From: Trypanosoma brucei | Taxonomy: Eukaryota | Length of the DNA stretch: 64,000 nucleotides | Assembly (NCBI GenBank): GCA_000002445.1 | Contig: CP000070.1 | Coordinates: 2,016,001 to 2,080,000, forward strand | Direction: 5' to 3' | Shown: in pieces, positions 1 through 12,482 of the stretch | Layout: each line of letters starts with the position of its first letter | How positions within the stretch are numbered: the first letter of the stretch is position 1 | The notes under the pieces: model-generated | What the model saw: only the letters and a program-made list of their open reading frames with translations | Databases searched by the model: none | Told to the model about the DNA's origin: nothing | Translations under genes and position numbers: made by a program

Positions 1-1419
1 AAGAGAGACTTCACACAACTGATACAACACATTGTGCCTAGTCACACTCAGTATCAACGCGTCCTCTGTTCCACAACTCTCGATCTCTTCCATAACATTC
101 GCATTGGCACCTGTGCCTCTTGCGCTCGCTAATGCGGTTTTGAGGGAGCAAACTTCAGCTTCTAGCCACGCCTTCGCTTGCTCTGCGTCGAGCGCAGCTG
201 TGAGAAATGACTGGTGGGGTGCCATGGCTTCTGCAGACAAGAGTAGCGTAGACAGTGCTTCATTCTCTCCACTCAACACGTGCAGCACTTCACTACCAGC
301 TACGGCAACTGCCGCAAATATCTCTGCTTCACGGCGCCTGTAGTGCTGAATCCACACGAGAGCTTCTTCCTCATTGCTCCCGAAAGAATGACTCAAAGGC
401 GGTTCAACACTTTGTTGCTGCGGCTGTAGCGCTTCCCATGCCGCGCCAGTGGCTGCCTCAATCACGCACAGCAATGACTTTGCTGCATGAGCTGTCGAAA
501 AGGCATTGGCTATCTGTTCATTCCCCTCCACGCACACCGCAATAAGCTGAAGAATCTCCTCCAGTGCTCGAAGAAGGCTGAAAGGAGGCATGTTATCCAA
601 GTCCGCACTCGCTATGATGCTCTTGCAGCTGTTCGCGTCGGCGGCATTGTTATCATTGCCGTCATCATATTCGGCAATGGTGTCTGTACCCGCTCCTCCT
701 AGACGACGGTTCACAATTGCCGAGTACGACGTGATTCCGCGCCGCCGCGACTCCGTTGCGCTTTCCCACGTATCAATCAGCAGCTTCACAAGCCCTTCAC
801 AAAAGTTGACCCGTTCATCCTTTGTTTCGAGTGGTGTCGTGAGGTTTGGTTCTCCTCTACCGTTGTTGTTGCTGTTACTTCCCTTTTCATTTCCAGCGCC
901 CTGTTTCTGCGATAGAGCACATGTGGAGATGGTTGCTCCTGCTAACGTGTCCACCACGACATCGTCGCTGCCGCTCACAATCATGTTTCGCAACGCTCCT
1001 GCAGCTGCTGATTTGATGTGCAGCAGTCCCCGCCTGGTTATGACTTGACGAGCATCAGCGTTCAGTTCTGCTTCTCCCTCCTCTTCAGCTTGTCCTTCTC
1101 CTTCTTGTCGACTGGAGAGCTGCACATGCGGGTTAGCCGGCTCTGCGGCGAGGAGAAGTTCGGCAAGTCGCTGCGGTACACCATGGGAGAGAAGAGTGGC
1201 ATGTGCCTGCGGCTGCAGAGCGAAGGAAATTATATTCATGCAACCCTCCTCCATTTCTTCCCATCGTGCTGCGTAGAGCTTCGCCACGCATGACGGGGCG
1301 GCAGAAATTCCTGCCCCTTCACTGGCTTTATCGGTGTAGTTACTGGCATTGTGCTTGTTTCTTGCATTCGGCGCGGTATGACGTTTAGGTCTGAAACCCC
1401 TTTTTGAGTGTGCGCCCAT
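1..1419 (-). CDS. hypothetical protein, 5' portion only (runs off the left edge; stop not in window)
   Basis: Hand translation of the minus strand from the ATG (reverse complement of cat at 1417-1419) reads MGAHSKRGFRPKRH... with no stop codon down to position 1 (more than 470 codons). It is absent from the ORF track only because it has no in-window stop. Composition is GC-rich and coding-like. The plus-strand ORFs at 32-1293 are antisense to it. No family recognised. Confidence 0.55.
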   Translation of the reverse strand, partial: MGAHSKRGFRPKRHTAPNARNKHNASNYTDKASEGAGISAAPSCVAKLYAARWEEMEEGCMNIISFALQPQAHATLLSHGVPQRLAELLLAAEPANPHVQLSSRQEGEGQAEEEGEAELNADARQVITRRGLLHIKSAAAGALRNMIVSGSDDVVVDTLAGATISTCALSQKQGAGNEKGSNSNNNGRGEPNLTTPLETKDERVNFCEGLVKLLIDTWESATESRRRGITSYSAIVNRRLGGAGTDTIAEYDDGNDNNAADANSCKSIIASADLDNMPPFSLLRALEEILQLIAVCVEGNEQIANAFSTAHAAKSLLCVIEAATGAAWEALQPQQQSVEPPLSHSFGSNEEEALVWIQHYRRREAEIFAAVAVAGSEVLHVLSGENEALSTLLLSAEAMAPHQSFLTAALDAEQAKAWLEAEVCSLKTALASARGTGANANVMEEIESCGTEDALILSVTRHNVLYQLCEVSL

Positions 1420-2148
1420 TGGTTTCCTTCGTTGTTATCGTCGTCGCTTTTCCCGCAACGTCCTCTGTGTTGAGCGGCTGTACCATGCCGTGCAAGAATG
1501 ATCAAATGTGAGAACCATGCGTCACGATGGCATGGCGGAGGGAAGAAAAAGCGGGATAATTAATTTATTCAAGTATGTGAGAAGGGGGGGGGGGAGGGAG
1601 GGTATCATGCGCATTTATGTTGTTCAGATGCATGTGCATATTTATGCAAGGTAGGCAATGCTGAGAATAGCGTAAAGCGTTTAGTGAATGAAACAATTGA
1701 ACCTCATATCATGCATTGGATGTAGAAACAAGAGAACAATTTATCTCTTTCGTGTTAAAAACGAAAAACAAAACAACAACAACAACAAAATAACTCCACT
1801 CTTTCACCCCCTCTTCCACCATGGCAAATTCATATCTCATCATTCCCTCTTCAGTCCCGGAGATATTCACCATTCAATCACTTTCATAATTGCCTTCTTT
1901 TTTTTTTTCTACTGGAGGACGACGGGGGCTGAAGTAAAAGGTGAAGCGCCACCAACAATGAAGAAGAAACGACACGTACAGGAAAACAAACAAATATATT
2001 TTTACGTGAGTGTATTTGTTTCTTTTTTTTTTTTTGCATATTTATATGTGAAATTAACGTTCAGTGGGGTGAGGTCAGTGAGCCAGGACTCTACTGCAAT
2101 TTGCAGTCCAAACAAACAAAATAAATAAACTGAGAGAAGGGGAGATAA

Positions 2149-2170
2149 GGGGTTAGGGTTAGGGTTGGGG
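2149..2170 (+). repeat. interstitial telomere-like repeat (TTAGGG)2-3
   Basis: ggggttagggttagggttgggg. TTAGGG is the trypanosomatid telomeric hexamer. Here it is a short internal tract in an AT-rich intergenic region. Confidence 0.6.
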
Positions 2171-3217
2171 AAACAAAATGAGCGAGTGGAGAACCTAACA
2201 TGCGGCCGCACACCCGCGAAGTAAAAAGATAAATAAATATCGGAAGCGAGACGTATTCAAACCAAAGCAGTTATACGGCAGCCAAAAGAAACAACAACAA
2301 CAACAACAATAGACAGTGTCCATGAAGAGAGTACACAATAATAATAGAGGAAAATACGTAAGGAAATGAAAAGAAATCACGTGCAAAGGACCGGGTGCAT
2401 AACAAATGATTCTTTTTTTTCCTTGTGTGTTTATGTGCTACTGCTTTAACGCGAGTGTGTTCATGTAAATATTGTCATGAACAGGCGAGGAGGAACGGGT
2501 GAATCAAGAGAGTTTTAGTGGGTTAAATATTTTGTCCAACGGCAGCCCCTCAAGGTATCCACGTAACTTCGCTCCGTTATTTTTATTTTTCTATTCCACG
2601 CTCTCAGCCTCTTCCTCTTCTTCTTCTTACTTCCTTCCGTCTTTTATATTCCCTCTCTTTTCCTTCTTTCCCACTATTTTTATCGTTCGCGCGTCATGAA
2701 AAAGTTTCCATGCGGTAATGCCAAACTTCAAATAAGTTGTGCGTGTGTGTGTGTGTGTGTGGGAAACCCTTGACAAAATGTAATAATGGAAGGAGAGTCG
2801 GATGCATAACTGTTGAAATATGTAACGCGATATTCATCAGCTTGGAAACCAATATCGACAACACCAAAAATAATAATAGCAGCGATATAATAATGAAGCT
2901 TTAGAGACGTAAGGATAAAAGTAGAAAAAAAATCAAATAATGATGATAAAAATGGACCGAACCCCTCCCGTGGTGAATCACCAACCGTTGTCTAATCCCT
3001 TCATCAACCATTTTTGTGAACAATAATAACAATAACAACAACAAAAGAACGATAATATAAATAAGTAAATAAATAAATAAATATATATATATTTATTACT
3101 CTTTTTTCTTTTTTCCATCTACTTCTTTCCCCTTCCACAGCCCGTACACGAACATTCAATTGCCGACCACCTTTCCGTGTCGATTGAGTTTTTTTTTTCT
3201 TTCTTCCTTTCCTTCTT

Positions 3218-3718
3218 TTACACCACACCTCTCAAGCAACCTTTTACAGCTGTTCTTGCAAAAGGAATATATGACATCATGTACCACGCCATTGCGCCGA
3301 ATTGCACCAGACACAACAACAGAACCAATAATGCACTACTGAGTAGTAATGCTGCGAGAAGTGTGAGCCCCATGGCAATAACAAACACAGTTGTGGCCAC
3401 CCAACGGCCTTCACTAAACATACGCTGAACTTGTGTTTTGGGACCTGCAAGGAATAATGTACCACCGATGGACGCCACGTTTCCAAGCGTATAAACCACA
3501 GCAAATGTGGCCACATCTGAGCGAAGGATGGCACCAAAACTCAGAAGGGAAAGGAGAGATCCAATACCCATGCAGACGCCGCAGCCAATTAACCGCTGTT
3601 TCCATGAAAGTGATGGACATATCGGCTGCGTTTCATCCTCTTCAATAATACTTCCATTACTTCCAACCGCAGCTGCTGTGGGAACCGCGTTCTTAACTAC
3701 ATCTACAAAAGCGCTCAT
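3218..3718 (-). CDS. SFT2/Got1-like vesicle transport protein (small 4-TM membrane protein)
   Basis: 166 aa with a hydrophilic N-terminus followed by four hydrophobic helices (GCGVCMGIGSLLSLLSFGAIL, FAVVYTLGNVASIGGTLFLAG, WVATTVFVIAMGLTLLAALLL, LLVLLLCLVQFGAMAWYM). Size and topology are typical of the SFT2 family. Confidence 0.55.
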   Translation of the reverse strand: MSAFVDVVKNAVPTAAAVGSNGSIIEEDETQPICPSLSWKQRLIGCGVCMGIGSLLSLLSFGAILRSDVATFAVVYTLGNVASIGGTLFLAGPKTQVQRMFSEGRWVATTVFVIAMGLTLLAALLLSSALLVLLLCLVQFGAMAWYMMSYIPFARTAVKGCLRGVV

Positions 3719-3970
3719 AACTTCCTTTGATTTTTTCTTTTCCCTTATCTTCCCTATGCTTCAACCTCCTTCCTATTCTTACTACTTTATAATACCTTCC
3801 CTTGTGTTGTCCAAGTAGAGCACGCTTTAATATCTTTCGTTTGGAGTGGGCACAAATGGACCTCTTCGTTGAATGCGATATTTTGAAAAACAAAAAGGAA
3901 AAAAAAAACAAGGGCAGATAGATAGACAGCGGTGGAAAAATAACGTAAATGATCAACTTCCCCCGTTCAC

Positions 3971-4001
<31 letters not shown>

Positions 4002-4497
4002 GCAGCAGAAGCGCAGGACCAAGTAAGCACAGGAAACGAGGAAGTCTGAAAAAAGCAAAAAGAAAAAACAACAACAACAAAAGAAGAATTGAAAGGGGCT
4101 TTGATGCGACAGTTTCGGGGAAATCAGTTTCTCTCTCTTTCTCTTTCTATATTTTTATTTTTATTAAAAAAATCGTCTTCTATTTTCCATTTTTCAAACA
4201 TGTGTTGCGCGGCCACTTATATAATAAAATTACTCAGTTTATTTTAATGTGTCTTGACCCTAATATCGTCTTCCTATTCCTTCTTCTTCTCTTTCTTGCT
4301 TGAATCCCCGTTTGTTTAATCGAAACATTCCATTATTTACCCCAGCTAATATTTGTGTTCAATGCCAAGCTTGCGAGACCTTGAATTCACCACACTGCCG
4401 ACTTTTTCTTCCCCACACTCCATTCGACCGTCACGCAATCATGTAAAGAAATGATTCAAAAAGAAAATAAATTACCAAATGTTGCTTTTTTTTTTTT

Positions 4498-5850
4498 TTA
4501 AGATCCGCGGACGGTGTACTTCATGAAATAATCGTAAAAGCTCACCCCACTAAATGACGCGTCACGATGATCATACAAGTAGCGCCGAGTTTCATAGAAC
4601 AGTGAGGGTTCCAAAGGGACCTCCAACACCGCCACTAATTCCTCTTGCTGTTGCAGACTCATCCTTTTTCCCCTTTTGCCACCCACAACATTTTTGTTAG
4701 CAGCTATATATTCAGCAAGTATTGTTTCTGCGCGTTGTTTATAATTCTTGCATGGCACTCGGTGGGCAGCGGACCAATGCTCACGCTGACACTCTTCACT
4801 GCAATAATACACCGCCTTGCAACTGCTGCAACGCAACAAACCTTCCCCGCCGCATTTAACGCCGTGCTTCTGACAGTTGGCGCACAGCAAATGACTACTG
4901 CGGGAGACGAGTGGGATGAGATGAAGTAACGTTGTGGAAGCGTCAACAAACATCAAGTCGCATGCACGTTCCAACTGCTCTGCGGACCACCTCACCACTG
5001 TGGTTTGCGAAAGAGTTGCCGTTCCTTCATCAGGTGCTTCTTCAGCTGTGACAATATCCGGTAGAGCCGCGAGGATATCCTTAAGTGCAACACGAGTGTC
5101 ATCATCACACTCCACGCCACTACTCAAATTAGTCTGACCGTTGTCATCATTTAAACCACAGCCATCACTATCCACACTACGCCTCAAACGCTGCCGCAGG
5201 GCACGGCGAAGCTCCAGTGAAGATGTTGTTGTCTTCGGCGCGGAATTAACGTCACCTTCGTTTCCAATGAGTTCCCGCACCGCTATGACAAACCACGGGA
5301 GCCGCGCCAAATACTCAAGGTTGGCACGGGCGTAATGGTTAATCTTTTGCACCACCTCTTCCTTCGGTGAGAATATCCCGTAGCTTCTGGCACCGCTAAT
5401 GGCATTTATACTGCTGGTAGAGTTTCTGTCGTTAGCTCCTGCAGAACGCAGCGGCTGCACACTCTCCATACGGCACAACTCGCCCAACAGTGCTGCCGTC
5501 TCCCAGCGACATTCCTGCGCCACAGCATTGCTGCGCTGAGCGAGAAAGAAAGCGATTCCCTTCAGCAAAGCTTCGCGGCGCCGTGTATTTTCTTCACTGT
5601 AACCCATAACTCCAGTTGCATCGGTGTTGCGTAGCGGTTCATGTTCAAATAAGAAGAGTTTCACACTCGGGTGAAAGGCCACAGTATACAATGCAACGAG
5701 ATGATAGGCACGATCCTCCATTGCGACATACGGTGCAGTAAGGCGATCAAATATTTGGTCAAGTGTCACCGGATCGGGGCGCGGCGGTAGAGGAAGTGAT
5801 GACGTGTTGCTGCTATTGTTCGAGGGCATCCTGAAACGCAATGCTAACAA
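4498..5850 (-). CDS. zinc finger MYND domain-containing protein
   Basis: The C-terminal CANCQKHGVKCGGEGLLRCSSCKAVYYCSEECQREHWSAAHRVPC fits the MYND consensus C-x2-C...C-x2-C...C-x3-C...H-x3-C exactly. The start may be the internal Met (MPSNNSS). Confidence 0.65.
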   Translation of the reverse strand: MLALRFRMPSNNSSNTSSLPLPPRPDPVTLDQIFDRLTAPYVAMEDRAYHLVALYTVAFHPSVKLFLFEHEPLRNTDATGVMGYSEENTRRREALLKGIAFFLAQRSNAVAQECRWETAALLGELCRMESVQPLRSAGANDRNSTSSINAISGARSYGIFSPKEEVVQKINHYARANLEYLARLPWFVIAVRELIGNEGDVNSAPKTTTSSLELRRALRQRLRRSVDSDGCGLNDDNGQTNLSSGVECDDDTRVALKDILAALPDIVTAEEAPDEGTATLSQTTVVRWSAEQLERACDLMFVDASTTLLHLIPLVSRSSHLLCANCQKHGVKCGGEGLLRCSSCKAVYYCSEECQREHWSAAHRVPCKNYKQRAETILAEYIAANKNVVGGKRGKRMSLQQQEELVAVLEVPLEPSLFYETRRYLYDHRDASFSGVSFYDYFMKYTVRGS

Positions 5851-6464
5851 AACGAAAATGAAATACCCCGGTATTTATATGTATTATTTATGTATATAAA
5901 CACTTACGGGAAAAAAAAAATTTACCAAGTCTGGCCGGCGCTGTCCTTTGTTAGCAAAAAAAATAATAATAATAATAATTTACACATAACAATTAAGTAG
6001 TAGGGAAATGAAGAAGAGACGACGGAATATGAGAGAAAGAGGAAGGAAAAAATAAAAGGCTGCTGTACAAAAATATAATAATAATAATAAATAGTCTCAT
6101 CTCAGTGTTTAGCCAAATATTGATTTTCTTTTTTTTTTCTTCCCCCCTTTGCGCGTTCGGGAAGTAGGGGGCTTCAAGCAGCTCATGAAGGAAATACGGG
6201 CGATACGATCAGGAATGAAGTTAATGCGTATGTTTACTGCAAGTATGTGCGCATATATCTGTGAACTACCACCAAATGTCCTTGTAGTTCGACCCATGCC
6301 TTTTCCTTTTCGTCTCGTCTCGTCATTCTCTTTTTTTTTCTTCTTCTTGCGTGCCTTCACAATACACAATTTACACAGCCTCCTCCCTCCGCTGTTGTCA
6401 ACCCACCCAAAAAGTGGGCACAATCTCCCCAATTGTTACCACTAATCAACCAACCAATCCGTCC

Positions 6465-7583
6465 TCACGCAGCCACGAAGTCCCGTAATCGCTTTAGCCA
6501 CATTTCATACTCCTGCTGTTCCACCCAAACGGAGTACTGCCCAACAAATTCCCCAAACTGATCATCCACGCAGCGCTCTGCCAACCACGCCTGTAACCCA
6601 TCAAGCACCTCCTCCTCCGCCTCGTCCAAATTAGGACCCGGGTAACCGTTGAATATATTATTGTAACGCACCTCTTCAACCTTCCCTCGTCCTCCAGTTG
6701 TGTTGTCATGTTGCCCAGCAGCAGTTGCCGCCGCCGCCTCTGGTGAAGTGTTACCACTCCTTTTACTACACGAGGACCCGGTCTTGAAGGTGCCATGAAA
6801 AACGACATTGTCAACCAGCAGCTCTCCGTCCACAAAATCCGCCCGCACCTCAATGCTTTGGTCGTAGAGGCCAAGTTCCTCCTCCTCTTCCTCCTCCTCC
6901 TTTCCTTCAGTTCTGCCCTTCACATCACCGGCAGCCGCGCTGTCTCCCATGCGGAAAGTTCCATCACGCCTCACTGCTTCACCTTTAGATGGGGCACGCT
7001 GCACAAAAAATGAAAAAGGAAAATGTTCTCCTCGCACGTCGCACTCCGGATCCAATGAGGGGTCCCGTTTCGTGAGCTGCACGCGAATCGTGTGGCGCTC
7101 AGGTGTTGCCCGAGTTTCTGCTGACGCGGTTGCGGGAAGCCACCAGCGGCGGCCATAAAAAACACTCGTTCCCGGCGCATGGTACATTTCCCAACCAGTC
7201 GGCGGGGGCGGAGGGCACTCTTCCTTGTCAAGTCGCAGCGCCTCGTCTTCAATTTCCTTTTCAATGCATTTCAGTAAAGCATTTTCAGGAAAGTCGGAAG
7301 GAGGCAACGCCCGTCGCCGAACAGTTGGTGCGGATGATGAGAAAAGGGAAGGGGAGTCCGTTACTCCGTTACCCGAATTTGTGCCTTCAACACTCGCACC
7401 GACTTTTGTGGGCTCACTTTTGTATGTTTCACCACCGTCACCACATGTTGGCCCCGCCGTACTCGTGAAGCGTCGAGTGTAAAATTGTGTTCTTACGGGA
7501 AGCAGCGACCCCGGAACTACACGACGTGCCGGATGAAGTGCTGAGAAATACGCATGGCGCAGTATTATGAGAGAACTGTGCAT
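6465..7583 (-). CDS. MAM33/p32/gC1qR-family mitochondrial glycoprotein-like protein (p22-like)
   Basis: N-terminal Arg-rich presequence-like region. Acidic run EEEEEEEEE. Family-like blocks LLKCIEKEIEDEAL, TIRVQLTKRD and YDQSIEVRADFVDGELLVDNVVFHG. C-terminal LQAWLAERCVDDQFGEFVGQYSVWVEQQEYEMWLKRLRDFV resembles the conserved MAM33 C-terminal helix. Confidence 0.5.
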   Translation of the reverse strand: MHSSLIILRHAYFSALHPARRVVPGSLLPVRTQFYTRRFTSTAGPTCGDGGETYKSEPTKVGASVEGTNSGNGVTDSPSLFSSSAPTVRRRALPPSDFPENALLKCIEKEIEDEALRLDKEECPPPPPTGWEMYHAPGTSVFYGRRWWLPATASAETRATPERHTIRVQLTKRDPSLDPECDVRGEHFPFSFFVQRAPSKGEAVRRDGTFRMGDSAAAGDVKGRTEGKEEEEEEEELGLYDQSIEVRADFVDGELLVDNVVFHGTFKTGSSCSKRSGNTSPEAAAATAAGQHDNTTGGRGKVEEVRYNNIFNGYPGPNLDEAEEEVLDGLQAWLAERCVDDQFGEFVGQYSVWVEQQEYEMWLKRLRDFVAA

Positions 7584-8879
7584 CGACTTTATTATTAATA
7601 GTTAGTTCAAGTTTCAGTTTGTTCTGTTTTCTTTTTCCCCCTTTATTTATTTATTTTTTTTTTTCCTTGGGCCCCACCTTTAATGAGGTCGTATGTTCTT
7701 GAATGCGACCACTTGGTAAAACTTTATCTTTATCTTTCTCTTTCGCACTCACGGTTTCACCAGCGCCCACTTGTACACTTTTGGACGGCACGCATACGCA
7801 AAATACGGTGGTCATTGTCCAAAACAAAGCACAATAAAGAAATAATAATAATAACAACAGCAATATGAGGAGAAAAGGACGGATACCATAAATAAATATA
7901 ACACAGAAATTACTCAGGCATTGCAATGGGGTAAAGAGAAAAACAAAAAACAAAACGAATGTCCGGGTTGTTTGGTTGAGGAAGCCTTCAAATAACATCG
8001 TACACACTTCCCCTTTCTTCCTCTTTTTTTTTTTAATTTACTCCTCTAACATTCCGTTCCATTTCCCCCCTTTCCTAATTTCTATCCATCCCTCCGTGTG
8101 TCGATACGTAAAGTCAATATAATCATAATTATAATAATGATAATAATAATAATAACAAAAGCATACCGGTAAAAAAAAAACAAATACGATAAATCCCCCC
8201 CTCCCCCACATTCCACATCATTCGTCTTCCCCATTGTTTTTATTCCTTTTCAATCATCTCACGCAGTTGTTGCGTTATTGCACGCAACCGTCTCGCGGAA
8301 GGAGCGGAAAAAAGGTAGAGGGACACGTACACGTAAGATCACAAAGAAAGGGTTAAAAAGAAAAAAAAAACAAATAAAAACAAACAAACAAACTAAAAGT
8401 AGGTAAATAAATAGATAAATAAATGAGCAGAAAATAGGACGTCAAGCGCCGGTATCAACAAATAAATATCAGTGGGAGGGTAAAAACTAACCAACTAAAC
8501 AACCAAACTGACAAGATAACGTCCGCTACACACACCCACACACACAAAAAAAAAGGAATAAAGGGGTATGCGTGTACGTGTGGTGGGAAGGCAAAAAAAA
8601 AAAAAAAGAGAACAACAAACTAGCTTACATAAAATTACATAAATGTATTTAAGGGAACAAGTTAATGATAATGGAAGGGAAAGAATAGAAGGGGCATGTG
8701 TACATAACGAAATGCATACCCGTTTCACACCATATTTTTCCCCCTGTTCCCCCCATTTCTTTTTTCCTTTTTTCTTTTCCCTTCTTCCCTTCTTCCTTCC
8801 TTTCTCTTTTTTTTTTTAAAAAAAAAAACCTAATTTCCTATCGCTGTCTTCATTCCATCTTTCCACATATCAGTCTATA

Positions 8880-9338
8880 TTACTCCATAGCGAACACCGC
8901 TCCACGATTCTTCCACTCCCAGCCATTTCTATGCATACGTAACGCATATGTCCATAAAGCGATAGACATCCCTGAACCTCCCCAAATGGCAATTCGTGCC
9001 CAAAAACGCCAGTGAAGAACACCAAAGAAATCCTTTAGAGCGAAATGTCCCATGGCAAACCAACAACCGGCCCCTTGACGTTCCACATGGCGGCATGGCG
9101 ACTGTTGAGCAAAAGGAGCCCACGGGTCTTGAAGTTTTGGATCATTCCAACCTTTCCAACCAGCAGGCCGCGCACGAAAGTTTGGCTCCTTATGACCATG
9201 CAACCGAAGTGTACTGAAGCGGGTATACGGAGCCGCACGTGTAACGGCAGCAACAGTTGCAGCAGCATGTGATGATGATGATGATGCAACTGTTGCGGAT
9301 CCCTCTTGTGTGCCTCGAAGAAGCGTACGTGCGAGCAT
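8880..9338 (-). CDS. small hypothetical protein with mitochondrial-presequence-like N-terminus and one predicted TM helix
   Basis: The track ORF 8880..9818 has a low-complexity N-terminal half (poly-I/L from AT-rich DNA) that is very unlikely to be coding. The internal Met at 9338 (cat at 9336-9338 on the plus strand) starts MLARTLLRG..., followed by a compositionally normal 152-aa sequence with the hydrophobic segment FFGVLHWRFWARIAIWGGSGMSIALW. Confidence 0.35.
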   Translation of the reverse strand: MLARTLLRGTQEGSATVASSSSSHAAATVAAVTRAAPYTRFSTLRLHGHKEPNFRARPAGWKGWNDPKLQDPWAPFAQQSPCRHVERQGAGCWFAMGHFALKDFFGVLHWRFWARIAIWGGSGMSIALWTYALRMHRNGWEWKNRGAVFAME

Positions 9339-9817
9339 AATAATAATAGTAATAATAATGATACTTTCAAATATAAAGTTATATGCACTTGTTTGCCTAC
9401 TCTCAGTTTCTTTTCCCTTATTTTTTTTTTGTGAAGTTCCTGCTGCTGGTGTTGTTCTCTGTCTCTCTGTCTCTCTTTTTCTCTCTCTCTCTCTGTGACC
9501 ACTGTTGTTATATTTGCGGTTCCTAATTTCTCTCTCTAAAAAAAAAAGATGCCTAATTTTTGCTAATGAATTTGACCTTGGTGCTCTTTTTTTTTTTTCT
9601 AAAAATAATCCCTTCTTAGACAAATGATTCTTTGTTATTACAAGGGATACGCAAATTATTATTATTATTATTAATGTTATTGTTATTTTCAATGTTTGAG
9701 TGAGTGTAAAAAAGACAGGAAAAGATAACAACAACAACAACAAAAAAAAAGGACAGAAGAAGTTGAAACACTGCGATAATACACTTGTATCGATGGGTTT
9801 GATCATACACAAACGCA

Positions 9818-10451
9818 TAAATATATTTACATTTTGTTGAGTTCATTTTATCTTCTTTTCATTTTTTTTAATTTGTTTTTTTTATTATTTCACTTTCTGA
9901 ACGCTCAAAGCTACATCTTCTTCCTTCAATATTGTCGTTGTCCTCACTGTCTTGACAACTGTTTTGTTTTTTGTGTTTCGTCTACTATTTTTATTATTGT
10001 TATTGTCGTCTCTTATAACTTGATATCACTCACTTGATGATATTCCGCCACGGCTGCGGAAATTTAAAAAAAAAACAACAACGAACAAACGCAAATACAT
10101 AAATTAATATAAGCGCATACAAAAAGGATGGGAATAATATAAATAAATAAATAAATATATATATATTATAACAAGAAGTAAGTATGAAATGGAATGGATG
10201 GGCGATCTAAAACGAATTCTCACGCACACACAAAAAAAAAAGTGAAAAGAAAAAAATGAAAAAGCAAGGGGAGAATGCTTCAGACATTTTTTATTGCATC
10301 GGCTTCTTCTCACCACACACATAATATATATATATATATATTCCTCAACTGCACTTTTTCACACAATGGGGAAATATGTTAGAAATAAATATACAAATAT
10401 ATACATTTGTCTGCACGTAATCAAAAGGGAAAATGAAGCAGCGGATCACTC

Positions 10452-10490
<39 letters not shown>

Positions 10491-12300
10491 TAACAACGAC
10501 GCCAAGGAAGAAAAGAAACCAAACAAATGAAGAGGAGGAGAAAAAAAACACAAAAGAAAAAAAAAAAGAAGAAAAGACACGCCTTTTCCTTTCACTACTT
10601 CCGCTTCATTAACTCGCTACGGTTTTGCAGCGGTGGCCTAAAATAATAAAATAATAATATAATAATAAACAGCAGTATAAATGGAGAAAAAAAAAGGTGG
10701 AAGGATTTACATCACGTCACACCTTTTTTCTTCTCTTTTTTTTCTTTCGTGTTTTTAGAGGAAGCGAAGTAAATTAAATCCAAAAGAAATGAGGTACGCG
10801 TGTAGGGAACTGCAAGAGTTTTTTTTTTTCCTTCTTTTTCCTTTTCTTTTCTTCTGAAAACTAAATTTACTTATCTATCTGTATATATATATATTTTTTT
10901 TGATGTGCATCACAGATTGTGAAAAGGCTTGCAATAAACCATAAAATTAAAAACAACAACAACAACAACAACAATGACGGAATCCCATTTAAAAAAAAAA
11001 ATTGAAGAGACATCAAACATTTTATTAAAGGGCACACAAATGCAAACACCAACACCAACAGCAGTCATTACGGCAACGGCGATGAAGTGACAGTTTCGGG
11101 TATTTTATTTTATTTTTTTCATTTCACTCAAAAAGAACGGAGGAAAGGAAAACAAAAGCAAGAAAAAAACAAAGAAAAAAAAAGAGAAAGCTAAAGAGCG
11201 AAAGGAACACAACAGCAAAACGGCGAGCCACACGTTATTATAGAAAACATGAATATAACAATAGTGTCAGTATCAATAACATCGTTTTACACATAAATAT
11301 ACAAATAAGTAGATAAGAAAATGTGAAAACATGTAAAAAAGAACAAAAGAAAGAAAAAAAAAGAGAGAAAAACAAAAGGCATTTTCAAATAGTATGAAGA
11401 GAAGATGCAAAACAATGCTCACATTGACCACTATTTATGATTGAAGCTCACAACATAATAATAATAATTTATTTTTTCTGTTTTTTTTTGTTTTCCTCCC
11501 TCCCTTTTTTTCCACTATATTTCATAAAATCACTTTGGCATTCAAAAGCCGCTTGGGTTGGCCTCCGCTTTTAGTTAAACTTCATTGCGGTTCGTGCCAT
11601 TGCCGTTTTCATAATTTTCTTTTTTATTTTTTTTTGTTTGCTGCCGCAACTTGGTTCATTTTGTGAAACAGTTTTGCGCATTTGGTTCACCCCTTCCCAA
11701 TTATATATAAATAAATATATTTCTTGCACTTCCGTTTCTTTTCTTCTAAAATTCCTCTTGCCTTTTTTCCCCTGTTATTTCCCTCCCGATCACAGCAATA
11801 CGGCTTGCCCACATTCCCCTGGTTTAAATGGTTGAAAAATATTTCAAACATATATATATATATAAATATAAATATATTCCTTGCACTTAGGTACCGTTTC
11901 GAAAATATTTCGTGTCTCTTCTCCACCCCTTCCGTCCCTACTGCGGTAAATAAAATGTGTCATTTCAGTTATTATTATTATTATTTTGTGCACTACAAAT
12001 CAAACCAAATCATTTTGTATCGTCAACAGTTTTTTTCTACAAAAGTACAAAGAAAAAAAGAAAAAGAACGAAAAGCAAAGAAAACTATTAACAATTAGGT
12101 TTGTTTTTTTTTTCCTCCCTCTTTCTCTAGAACAATTCTTGTTTTCTAATTACGCATCTATTCGATCATATGTTAATTTCTTCCTTCTCATTTTTTAAAT
12201 AACTTTATTCGTGCTTCGTTCCTTCACATATTTCAAGCACACAATCAACCAAGCAGGTATACCTTTCTCCCTTTATTCTTTCTTTATTTATCCCCTACAG

Positions 12301-12331
<31 letters not shown>

Positions 12332-12444
12332 TGCGCATGTCACGTCAGAAAGGAGAGATAGAGACAACACCAAATTCGAAAAAAAAGAAAGAAAGAAAAT
12401 AGTAACAGTTTTATTCCCTACGCTATACTTTATGACTTCTTGTA

Positions 12445-12482
<38 letters not shown>

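Noticed and set aside
1236-1505. 89-aa minus-strand track ORF at the left end as the gene start.
   Set aside because: It is in a different frame from the long stop-free minus-strand frame that begins at the ATG at 1419 and runs to the window edge. The long frame was taken as the real, partial CDS.
1570-1600. G-rich runs (G10-14) at 1581-1595, 20136-20165, 21561-21575 and 47587-47600 as functional G-quadruplex elements.
   Set aside because: Homopolymer G/C runs are common in trypanosomatid intergenic DNA. There is no consistent placement relative to genes, so these are noted only as low-complexity sequence.
8880-9818. 312-aa track ORF taken at full length.
   Set aside because: The upstream two-thirds (9339-9818) is poly-I/L/K/E translated from AT-rich microsatellite DNA. 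Only the 3' 152 codons, from Met at 9338, look like real protein, so the feature was trimmed.
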